40,000 nucleotides of DNA, from assembly GCA_028281045.1 (NCBI GenBank), contig JANQKP010000009.1:10508-50507 (forward strand). Direction: 5' to 3'. The notes beneath the pieces were generated by a model. The model made no database searches and was not told the DNA's origin. It worked only from the letters and a program-made list of their open reading frames with translations. This stretch comes from Candidatus Altimarinota bacterium (GTDB lineage: Bacteria; Patescibacteriota; Gracilibacteria; UM-FILTER-43-11). The position numbers and the translations under genes are program-made. Of the stretch, positions 32,819-40,000 are shown piece after piece. The first letter of the stretch is position 1, and each line of letters starts with the position of its first letter.

Positions 32819-35554
32819 TTACTTCTTGTCTTCTTTTTCCTCAGGTTCTTTTTCTTTCTTCTTTTCTTCTTTAGCCTCCTCTTTTTTCTCTTCCTTTGGA
32901 GCTTTTCCATCTAGTGGAAGCGATGGCGCACCATCTGCAGTCCCTTGATCTTCTAGAATAAGAGAGATTGAAGCCACTACATCTTTGTCTTTCATACGCA
33001 TCACGTAAACTCCTTGGGTCGCACGACCAATCGCAGGGATTTCACGCAGAGGCAGACGAATCATTTGTCCGTGTTTAGACATAATAATAAGGTCTCCATC
33101 CATAGATTCTTCTAGAACGCGGGCTCCCACAAGCTTACCGGTCTTCGCGGTAAGGTTAGCGGCTTTCACCCCAGTTCCTCCACGGTTTTGGAAGCGGTAA
33201 TCGGTTACCTTGGTCGATTTAGACAGACCATTTTCCATCACCACCAGAAGTTTAGATGTTTCTTCTTGTTGAATCACATCCATTTGTACCACTTCGTCTT
33301 CGTCTTTCAGACGAATACCACGTACCCCCATAGAAGCACGTCCCATAGAGCGAACATTATCTTCTTTAAAGCGGATACATTTACCTTCACGTGATACAAG
33401 CACGACTTGATCTCCTGGATTGGTTGGTTTCACCCATTCAAGAAGATCTCCGTCTCTAAGTTTAATAGCAATCAGTCCAGATTTACGTACATTTTTGAAA
33501 TCTTCTACCTTAGTTTTCTTCACAGTTCCTTTGTTGGTCGCCATAAAGAAGTAATCTCCTTGGAAACGAGTAGAGTCTAGAATTACAGTTACTTTTTCAC
33601 CTTCTTGCAGTTGAAGCAGGTTCACTACCGCTTGCCCACGAGCCGTACGACTCGCTACTGGAATTTCGTAACATGGAAGATTGAAGCAGCGTCCATAGTT
33701 TGTGAAGTACAGAAGGTCATTATGCGTTCTGGTACTTAGAATTTGTACCACTTCGTCTTCGTCTTTTGTCGTCATACCAATCACTCCTTTACCTCCACGA
33801 CCTTGAGTTCGGTACACACTTGGAGATAGGCGCTTGATGTAACCACCACGAGTGATGTTTACAATCATTGGCTCATCTGGAATAAGTTGTTTTGCATTGA
33901 ACGATCCAATTGCATGTGGAACCACTTCAGTACGACGTTCGTCAGAGTATTTCTCAAGAATGGTATCGGTTTCATCAGAGATGATTGCCAAGATTCTCTT
34001 AGGATCTCCAAGAATTGCCTTACATTCTTTAATGAAGTCGAGTTTTTCTTTAAGCTCATCTTCAATTTTCTTGCGTTCAAGTCCAGCAAGGGTCTGAAGA
34101 CGCATTTCAAGAATCGCTTTCGCTTGAATTTCAGACAGTTTAAATTTCTTCATCAGGTCTGCGCGAGCATCTTCTTTGGTCGCTGCCTTCTTAATGGTCT
34201 CGATCACTTTATCGATATCATCAAGCGCTAACTTAAGACCTTCTAGAATATGAGCACGAGCCTCAGCGACCTTAAGTTCGAATTCAGTACGACGAGTTAC
34301 CACCACCTTTCTGTGTTCAATGAACTCTTCTAGGATCGTTTTAAGATCTAGAAGACGTGGTTGAACTCCATTTACAAGTCCAATCATATTGAAACCAAAG
34401 CTGGTTTGTAGATTGGTGTTCTTGTAAAGCTGATTCAGTACTTTTTTAGGGTAAGCATCACGTTTTAATTCAATCGCAATACGCACTCCTTTACGTGAAG
34501 ATTCATCTCTAAGATCTGAAATCCCTTGAAGTTTCTTTTCACGTACAAGGTCGGCAATTTTTTCAACAAGAGCCGCCTTATTCACTTGGTAAGGCATTTC
34601 AGTCACTACAATACGGTGTTTTCCACCGCTCATTTCTTCAATTTCACAACGTGCACGCATCTTAATCGATCCACGACCGGTTGCATAAGCTTGTTTAATC
34701 GCTTCAACGTCGTAAATCAGTCCAGCCGTTGGGAAATCTGGCCCTTTAACGTGTTCCATCAGGTCATCAATCGTTGCATCAGGGTTATCAATCAGTACTT
34801 TCACCGCGTTCATGATTTCAGTCAGATTATGCGGTGGAATATTGGTCGCCATCCCTACGGCAATCCCCATGGTTCCATTAAGTAGAAGTGCTGGAATACG
34901 TGTAGGTAGCACCGTTGGTTCTTTAAGACGTCCATCGTAGTTCGGTCTAAAATCAACGGTATCTTTTTCAATGTCAGCCAGCATTTCATCAGCAATCTTC
35001 TGCATCTTAGCTTCCGTATAACGCATCGCCGCTGCATTATCTCCATCCATTGAACCAAAGTTCCCTTGCCCGTTTACAAGCATGTAACGCATAGAGAACT
35101 CTTGAGCCATACGTACCATAGAGTCGTATACCGCGGTATCACCATGTGGATGGTACTTACCAAGTACATCCCCTACTACCGTTGCAGACTTTCTGAATTT
35201 AGCGGTGCTACGAAGTCCAAGTTCGTGCATTGAATAAAGGATACGTCTGTGTACTGGTTTTAAACCATCACGAACGTCTGGAAGCGCACGCGAAACGATC
35301 ACACTCATCGCGTAATCGATGTACGACTCCTCCATTTCTTTTACAATATCTCTTCCTGAAACATTTCCATCAAGATCCGGGATATTAGATCCCTCATCTC
35401 CTCCGTCTCCGGCATCGTCACCAGCTCCGTCGTCTCCGGCCTCAGCTTCAGCATCTTTCTCCTCCTCTTCAGGAGAATCCATGTCTAAATCTAAGCTCAG
35501 ATTGTCTTCTGATGCGTTTTCTTCTTCAGGTTTTTTTTCGTCTTTTTTAGCCAC
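32819..35554 (-). CDS. gyrA: DNA gyrase subunit A with acidic N-terminal and Lys/Glu-rich C-terminal extensions
   Basis: [36 protein letters not shown], and the [10 protein letters not shown] active-site Tyr region, plus C-terminal beta-pinwheel repeats. The ORF-track start is a GTG at 35554, so the exact start is uncertain. Confidence 0.95.
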   Translation of the reverse strand: MAKKDEKKPEEENASEDNLSLDLDMDSPEEEEKDAEAEAGDDGAGDDAGDGGDEGSNIPDLDGNVSGRDIVKEMEESYIDYAMSVIVSRALPDVRDGLKPVHRRILYSMHELGLRSTAKFRKSATVVGDVLGKYHPHGDTAVYDSMVRMAQEFSMRYMLVNGQGNFGSMDGDNAAAMRYTEAKMQKIADEMLADIEKDTVDFRPNYDGRLKEPTVLPTRIPALLLNGTMGIAVGMATNIPPHNLTEIMNAVKVLIDNPDATIDDLMEHVKGPDFPTAGLIYDVEAIKQAYATGRGSIKMRARCEIEEMSGGKHRIVVTEMPYQVNKAALVEKIADLVREKKLQGISDLRDESSRKGVRIAIELKRDAYPKKVLNQLYKNTNLQTSFGFNMIGLVNGVQPRLLDLKTILEEFIEHRKVVVTRRTEFELKVAEARAHILEGLKLALDDIDKVIETIKKAATKEDARADLMKKFKLSEIQAKAILEMRLQTLAGLERKKIEDELKEKLDFIKECKAILGDPKRILAIISDETDTILEKYSDERRTEVVPHAIGSFNAKQLIPDEPMIVNITRGGYIKRLSPSVYRTQGRGGKGVIGMTTKDEDEVVQILSTRTHNDLLYFTNYGRCFNLPCYEIPVASRTARGQAVVNLLQLQEGEKVTVILDSTRFQGDYFFMATNKGTVKKTKVEDFKNVRKSGLIAIKLRDGDLLEWVKPTNPGDQVVLVSREGKCIRFKEDNVRSMGRASMGVRGIRLKDEDEVVQMDVIQQEETSKLLVVMENGLSKSTKVTDYRFQNRGGTGVKAANLTAKTGKLVGARVLEESMDGDLIIMSKHGQMIRLPLREIPAIGRATQGVYVMRMKDKDVVASISLILEDQGTADGAPSLPLDGKAPKEEKKEEAKEEKKKEKEPEEKEDKK

Positions 35555-35594
35555 AAAAATTGGGTTTTAATATTTAAATAAAGTTACCAGGAAA

Positions 35595-35626
35595 ATAGTA
35601 CCAAGCAGGGCAAGGCATTTCAAGGG
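35595..35626 (-). promoter_or_regulatory. gyrA promoter: cccTTGAAA, 17 nt, (TGG)TACTAT
   Basis: On the minus strand, -35 is at 35623-35618 and -10 at 35600-35595. Same cccTTGAAA ... TGGTA form as the promoters at 12705 and 14191. Confidence 0.65.
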
Positions 35627-35656
35627 TAAAATAGCTTTTTTTGTAGGAATAAATGG

Positions 35657-36322
35657 CTACCAGTCAATAGCATTTTTTCCATGCATAATCAGGTAGGCAT
35701 TTGCCTTAGAAAAAGGCTTAGATCCAAAGAATCCACTATGCGCTGAAAACGGTGAAGGGTGAGCCGATTTTAAAACCAGGTGTTTCTGCTCATCAATCAC
35801 AGCACCTTTGTCTTGGGCATAACGACCCCAAAGAATAAACACGAGATTCTCTTTTTCATCAGAAAGCTTCTTAATCACCGCATCGGTAAAAGCCTCCCAG
35901 CCTTTTCCTTGGTGAGATCCAGCGCTTCTAGCTTGCACCGTAAGCGTAGCATTTAAAAGAAGTACCCCCTGATCTGCCCAACGCTCTAAGTTTCCAGAAT
36001 CCGGAATAGGCTTACCAAGATCAGATTCAAGTTCTTTGAAGATATTCTGAAGCGAAGGAGGCTGCTTTACAGCGTCGCTCACACTAAAGCAGAGTCCATT
36101 GGCTTGTCCAGGCCCATGATAAGGGTCTTGGCCCAAAATAACGACTTTAACAGCGTCAAAAGAACAATGCTCAAAAGCATTAAAGATCTGCTTTGGAGGT
36201 GGGTATATGGTTTTACCCGCCATATACTCTCCTTTTACAAAAGTTGTCAGGGTTCCAAAGTAAGGTTTTTCAAACTCCTCACTCAACTTGTTTTTCCATG
36301 ATGATTCAATCTTCACGTCCAT
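35657..36322 (-). CDS. ung: uracil-DNA glycosylase (family 1)
   Basis: VVILGQDPYHGPGQANGLCFSV water-activating loop, LLLNATLTV, and the HPSPFSA leucine-loop region. Confidence 0.93.
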   Translation of the reverse strand: MDVKIESSWKNKLSEEFEKPYFGTLTTFVKGEYMAGKTIYPPPKQIFNAFEHCSFDAVKVVILGQDPYHGPGQANGLCFSVSDAVKQPPSLQNIFKELESDLGKPIPDSGNLERWADQGVLLLNATLTVQARSAGSHQGKGWEAFTDAVIKKLSDEKENLVFILWGRYAQDKGAVIDEQKHLVLKSAHPSPFSAHSGFFGSKPFSKANAYLIMHGKNAIDW

Positions 36323-36360
36323 AGAATGTAAACTTAGATTTCCATTTTATAAAAAATATC

Positions 36361-36389
36361 TTGCTATTAAAAGCAGAGTTGCCTAAACT
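36361..36389 (+). promoter_or_regulatory. tRNA-Ser promoter: TTGCTA, 17 nt, TAAACT
   Basis: -35 at 36361-36366 and -10 at 36384-36389. The mature tRNA 5' end at 36397 lies 7 nt after the -10. Confidence 0.6.
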
Positions 36390-36396
36390 CTCTTGC

Positions 36397-36486
36397 GGAG
36401 AGTTGGCAGAGTGGTCGAATGCGGCAGTCTTGAAAACTGTTGGGCCTTCACGGGTCCCGAGGGTTCGAATCCCTCACTCTCCGCCA
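36397..36486 (+). tRNA. tRNA-Ser (anticodon TGA), long variable arm, CCA encoded
   Basis: Acceptor GGAGAGT/ACTCTCC, anticodon stem GCAGT/ACTGT with loop CTTGAAA, long variable arm (TGGGCCTTCACGGGTCCCG), T-arm GAGGG-TTCGAAT-CCCTC, then G plus CCA. Confidence 0.92.
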
Positions 36487-36542
36487 GGAAATCACCTTAT
36501 CTCACTAGAGAATAAGGTTGTTTCCTCTATATTAGAAATTAC

Positions 36543-36571
36543 TTGACATAAATTACTAAATATATTAAAAT
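36543..36571 (+). promoter_or_regulatory. promoter: TTGACA, 17 nt, TAAAAT
   Basis: -35 at 36543-36548 and -10 at 36566-36571, with the ATG at 36593. Confidence 0.65.
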
Positions 36572-36592
36572 AATCTCCTTTTAACGATTTCT

Positions 36593-37096
36593 ATGCGTTT
36601 ATCAAACGGACCTAAATTATCAGTTTCACCAAGAGCTCAGCTCTTTGCGCTTCTAGGAACCCTTCTTGTTTCTGGATGTGGTGATGATAAAAACATCAAC
36701 TTGAACAATTACTTTGCCAACGAAGATGGAGCCACTCTATCGGGGCAAGATCTGTGTCGTAGTCATAGTCGTCCTGAAGACAATGTGATTTTCAATGCAG
36801 TACCAGGACATTGTTATGATAATGACAACAATACCATTATTGATGTTGAAGAAGTTCGTAGCGATATACAGGGATGTCATTGTGACAAAGAAAAAGCCAC
36901 AGGAAATGGTAATCCGCGCATCTATTGGGATGAACCCGTGGTTATGAACGGAGACACCGCCTGTTCAGGGCAGAATACAAATGAAACGACTTATGTAGCC
37001 GTTGAGGATAGCTGCCGTGAAACAACCACTGGAGCCAAAATAGACTGTACTACAGGTAATGTATTTGAAGGCTCTGTACAATGTGAAGAGCAGTAG
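36593..37096 (+). CDS. Cys-rich predicted lipoprotein (167 aa)
   Basis: Signal peptide ending in the LLVSGC lipobox, with nine further Cys residues in the mature part. No family recognised. Confidence 0.6.
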   Translation: MRLSNGPKLSVSPRAQLFALLGTLLVSGCGDDKNINLNNYFANEDGATLSGQDLCRSHSRPEDNVIFNAVPGHCYDNDNNTIIDVEEVRSDIQGCHCDKEKATGNGNPRIYWDEPVVMNGDTACSGQNTNETTYVAVEDSCRETTTGAKIDCTTGNVFEGSVQCEEQ

Positions 37097-37099
37097 AAT

Positions 37100-38662
37100 T
37101 TAAGTTCCCGTATTAGAACCTGCCTCATCAAGATTAATGTCTGCAAAGCTGATGTTCTCATCTCCGCTAATGCCGTCGGATTTTTTTGGTGATTCTTGAG
37201 CCACAGTAACCGACTGAGAAGGGTCATCGGCTTCAAGATCAATCGTGTGCTCCGTATCTAGTGGAGTACCATCTATAGAAACCACTTTAACAGGACCTTC
37301 TTCATCATATTGAGCCGCAGCTACTCGAGCAATATTATCAAAGGTGGTTGAGAAAGTATCCTCAGGAGATTGTTGCTGTCCTTTCATGGCCACTTCTTCA
37401 TCACTCCATTGTCTAGCCATATCAGGATCAACCATAAATGCTGAAGTCTCTTTAGTATCCTGACTGTAAGCCACTCCACCTCTATTATCCGTATGTTTTA
37501 ATTTATATAGGGCAACGTCAGAAGGCTTGTAGAATCTGCGATCTCGTATTGCTCCAAAGAATTTTTCTGGTTCCACTCCTTGAGGCACTCTAACCTCTTC
37601 ATCTTTAACGATTTGAACTGTGGCTCCAATACTCGCAGTAACATTATAGGTTTTTTGGTCTGAACTCTTCATGGCTTCCATCAGTTGGGTTCCTGTAATT
37701 TCACCCATGCTTTCTACTCCTTCAATGTCGTAAGCACGTATAACTTCATTAGCTATAGCATTGCTGATTTTTTCAGCTAAAGTCAGTAAACCTCCTGGAG
37801 GTGTGTTAGGACAAACCACCATAATCTCTTCTCCACCATAGCGGCCAGCAAAATCAGTATCTCTAATTTCACGTTGAATCACATTGGCTACAGCGCGAAG
37901 CACCTGGTCTCCCACAAGGTGACCATATGTATCGTTGAATTTTTTAAAGTGATCAATATCGATCATCAGAACTCCAAGCGGTCCGTTGCGACCCGCGCGC
38001 TTGATTTCCAACTGCATTTTATCATCAAGCTCCTCTCTATTATAAAGACCGGTGAGCTTATCAATGGTGGCTCTCTTTTGTAATCTCTCTACCTTTTTAA
38101 GTAGGGCTCTTTCTTTATTTTTTAAATTAGCGTTTTCATCTAGAGCGCCGGCCAAAGTTTCTCGAATAAGGGTGGTTTCTGCTTCCATTTCAGCCTCTTT
38201 TTCAGCCCAAAGTGTACGCTCTCCTTCGAATCCCATTTTCATGAGCCCAAAAAGAACTACATTATTAATCACCCGGTAAAAACGTTGATCTGCCAAAGTT
38301 TCACCCTCCTGTAAAAAGCCATGAGTAATATCCAGGGTATCTTCTATAACTTTTCTGGTGCCGCTAGCTTCTACAGCTCCCTGGGCTACCTTGTCAAAGA
38401 TCTGCTCATGGTTCAGCATAGCTTGAAACTCAGGACCTTGTTCCTCAAGGGCCTCTATCACACTATCTGTCAGCTCTTCACCAATATAATCAAGGTGCTG
38501 CTCAATCATATTGTCTTCCACATCTCTAAAAATAGCCTCTGTTAAACCAGGGACCTTATTAATGTGGACTCCTACCGCTCTAGTAACGATGTGTTTTACA
38601 ACTTCTCTTCTCTGCTCGGATGGAGCTTCAAAGACAGTGTCTTCAAATCTATTGGGGGGCAT
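37100..38662 (-). CDS. diguanylate cyclase (GGDEF domain) with uncharacterised N-terminal and C-terminal regions
   Basis: LTGLYNREELDD, MIDIDHFKKFNDTYGHLVGDQVLR and RYGGEEIMVV (GGEEI at 37821-37835). An RxxD site (RDTD, 37851-37862) lies 5 residues upstream. About 200 aa of N-terminal helical/coiled-coil region, an insertion inside the cyclase fold, and an acidic tail of about 130 aa. Confidence 0.88.
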   Translation of the reverse strand: MPPNRFEDTVFEAPSEQRREVVKHIVTRAVGVHINKVPGLTEAIFRDVEDNMIEQHLDYIGEELTDSVIEALEEQGPEFQAMLNHEQIFDKVAQGAVEASGTRKVIEDTLDITHGFLQEGETLADQRFYRVINNVVLFGLMKMGFEGERTLWAEKEAEMEAETTLIRETLAGALDENANLKNKERALLKKVERLQKRATIDKLTGLYNREELDDKMQLEIKRAGRNGPLGVLMIDIDHFKKFNDTYGHLVGDQVLRAVANVIQREIRDTDFAGRYGGEEIMVVCPNTPPGGLLTLAEKISNAIANEVIRAYDIEGVESMGEITGTQLMEAMKSSDQKTYNVTASIGATVQIVKDEEVRVPQGVEPEKFFGAIRDRRFYKPSDVALYKLKHTDNRGGVAYSQDTKETSAFMVDPDMARQWSDEEVAMKGQQQSPEDTFSTTFDNIARVAAAQYDEEGPVKVVSIDGTPLDTEHTIDLEADDPSQSVTVAQESPKKSDGISGDENISFADINLDEAGSNTGT

Positions 38663-38693
38663 TTCTTTTTTGTTTTTTTATTGAAATCAAAAG

Positions 38694-38936
38694 TTATGAG
38701 TCCAGACGTGCGTTGTGCTCATCGGCAAGAACCTGAGCTAGTCTCTGATTACGAATAGTGTCTGCAATGCTAGTAGCTTCTTTATCAGTAGCTGCTTGAA
38801 TAGCGTCCATTCCAGGAATATCTTCCGTGATACTGCTATCGAAACTTCCAGAGATATCAAATTGATCAAGATCCATTCCATGAATAGAGTCTACTGCTGG
38901 TTCTGAGGCTATATTTTGTGCGTCTAAATGACCCAT
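38694..38936 (-). CDS. hypothetical small acidic protein (80 aa), co-transcribed with the GGDEF gene
   Basis: ORF served by the promoter at 38964-38992. It lies 31 nt upstream of the GGDEF ATG with no intervening promoter or terminator. Confidence 0.55.
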   Translation of the reverse strand: MGHLDAQNIASEPAVDSIHGMDLDQFDISGSFDSSITEDIPGMDAIQAATDKEATSIADTIRNQRLAQVLADEHNARLDS

Positions 38937-38963
38937 GTTTTTTACGTTGTTAGTATTTGTTCC

Positions 38964-38992
38964 AATATAATCTATTTATGTCAAGTTGTCAA
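38964..38992 (-). promoter_or_regulatory. minus-strand promoter: TTGACA, 17 nt, TATATT
   Basis: On the minus strand, -35 is at 38992-38987 (within a tandem TTGACAACTTGACA) and -10 at 38969-38964. Lies just downstream of the trpA stop. Confidence 0.6.
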
Positions 38993-38999
38993 GAAATTC

Positions 39000-39782
39000 C
39001 TAAGACAAATCGGCTAGAAATGTTCTAATACTATCTTGTGCTTCTGGGAGTGATTTCCCCTGGTAATTTCGAATCAGAGCAGAGCCAATCACAGCAATGT
39101 CTGCATAGGGCTTAATGGCCTCAAGCTGAGCCTTTTCTGAAAGCCCAAAACCAACGGCTAAAGGTAAATCGGTTTGCTCTCTCACCTGCTTTAAATAAGC
39201 CGCGGTATCTTCTCCAATTTCTGTTTTGTTTCCCGTAATCCCCACACGGGCCATACAGTAAATAAATCCACTGCCATGCTCCGCTACCGCCTTCATACGT
39301 TCTGGCTTTGTAGTCGGGGCCATCACCTGTATTAAAGCGAGGTCATTTTCTTTAGCGGCAGTAAGGAGTCCATTGCCCGTGTCTTCATCAAAAGGATAAT
39401 CCGGCACAATCAGGCCTTGTACGCCAAGGGTCTTGGCCTTCTTGCAAAAAGCCTGCACTCCATAATGATGAATAATATTAAAGTAAGTCATGATTAAAAT
39501 CGGCTTATCAGTCCCTGCAGCCAGCTGCCCAATCATTTCCAGAGACTCATTTACGGTCACTCCTTTTTCTAGAGCTTCTGCATTCGCTCCTGCAATCACA
39601 GGACCATCGGCAATAGGATCTGAAAAAGGAATCTGTACTTCTAATATCTCTACAGATTCAAGTAGGGTTTCAGCAATTCCTTTGCTGTCTTCTAAGCTTG
39701 GGTAGCCCGCCACAATGTGAGCCATAATTCCAAGCTTTCCTGTTTCTTTTAATGCTTTTGTAGCTGCTTCTATTTTATTCAT
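39000..39782 (-). CDS. trpA: tryptophan synthase alpha chain
   Basis: LEVQIPFSDPIADGPVI, VQGLIVPD and GFGLS motifs. Overlaps trpB by 8 nt. Confidence 0.9.
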   Translation of the reverse strand: MNKIEAATKALKETGKLGIMAHIVAGYPSLEDSKGIAETLLESVEILEVQIPFSDPIADGPVIAGANAEALEKGVTVNESLEMIGQLAAGTDKPILIMTYFNIIHHYGVQAFCKKAKTLGVQGLIVPDYPFDEDTGNGLLTAAKENDLALIQVMAPTTKPERMKAVAEHGSGFIYCMARVGITGNKTEIGEDTAAYLKQVREQTDLPLAVGFGLSEKAQLEAIKPYADIAVIGSALIRNYQGKSLPEAQDSIRTFLADLS

Positions 39783-40000
39783 GAATACGGGTTTTTAAAT
39801 AATCGTTAAAGCCACTATCTTTCATTACATCCGTCACAATAAATAGGTCTTTGTCTCCACGGCCAGAACAATTAAAGACAATCACCTGATCCCCAGAAAG
39901 CTGAGGCGCTCTTTTAATCACTTCTACAAGTCCGTGAGTCGATTCCATGGCAGCAAAGATCCCCTCGGTTCTTGCCAGCCTCTTATAGGCATCAATCACC
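39775..40000 (-). CDS. trpB: tryptophan synthase beta chain, C-terminal fragment (gene continues beyond the window)
   Basis: EGIFAAMESTHGL and NCSGRGDKDL C-terminal TrpB motifs. Truncated by the window edge. Confidence 0.85.
   Translation of the reverse strand, partial: VIDAYKRLARTEGIFAAMESTHGLVEVIKRAPQLSGDQVIVFNCSGRGDKDLFIVTDVMKDSGFNDYLKTRIHE

Noticed and set aside
17749-36486. Idea that the region between tRNA-Val and tRNA-Ser, which contains the VirD4-like gene, is an integrative conjugative element
   Set aside because: The interval is full of core genes (rnhB, glmS, rfbB, tyrA/pheA, rpmE, gyrA, ung). I saw no integrase, relaxase, direct repeat of a tRNA 3' end, or obvious compositional break.
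36361-36546. 61-aa ORF in the six-frame track
   Set aside because: It is simply the translation of the tRNA-Ser gene (36397-36486) and its promoter, not a protein gene.
1-40000. Possibility of an alternative genetic code (UGA recoding, as in some candidate phyla), CRISPR arrays or IS elements
   Set aside because: All recognisable genes are full length under the standard code with no in-frame TGA needed. I saw no regularly spaced direct repeats, no terminal inverted repeats, and no transposase-like ORF.

Overview
The window reads as a compact, moderately AT-rich bacterial chromosome segment. All family calls come from motifs read by eye in the supplied translations; no searches were run.

Content:
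- About 40 protein genes and 2 tRNAs.
- No rRNA, CRISPR array, transposase, integrase or other mobile-element signature.

Recognisable housekeeping genes:
- tyrS, nadK, recA, dnaB, mraY, rnhB, acyP, glmS, rfbB, rpmE, gyrA, ung, trpA and a trpB fragment.
- A tyrA-pheA fusion, two GT4 glycosyltransferases, a MOP flippase and an MIP channel.

Less ordinary content interleaved with these:
1. A VirB4-family ATPase (14237-16522) and, about 10 kb away, a 923-aa VirD4/TraD-like P-loop protein (26863-29634). No other recognisable type IV secretion parts accompany either gene.
2. Two cytoplasmic GGDEF diguanylate cyclases (12740-13843 and 37100-38662). Both have intact active and inhibitory sites and unassignable N-terminal regions. 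Each is wired to small acidic orphan genes, and the first sits directly upstream of the VirB4-like gene.
3. About nine orphan soluble proteins with no recognisable family.

My best candidate for an undescribed system is the block 11074-16522. It contains orphan genes, GGDEF-1 and the VirB4-like ATPase, each with its own near-consensus promoter and with overlapping convergent 3' ends. It may act together with the distant VirD4-like gene and the possible transglycosylase-like ORF at 1124-2155. This link is inference only.

Other observations:
- A textbook dual operator on the recA promoter.
- Widespread leaderless or very short-leader genes with no Shine-Dalgarno sequences.
- Charged low-complexity extensions on L31, GyrA and other proteins.
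- A surface protein combining CARDB, TSP3 and PKD modules with a histone-H1-like cytoplasmic tail.

The overall style resembles streamlined uncultivated lineages such as CPR/Patescibacteria (overlapping genes, no SD, orphan VirB4/VirD4, acidic tails). I cannot verify taxonomy from this window.
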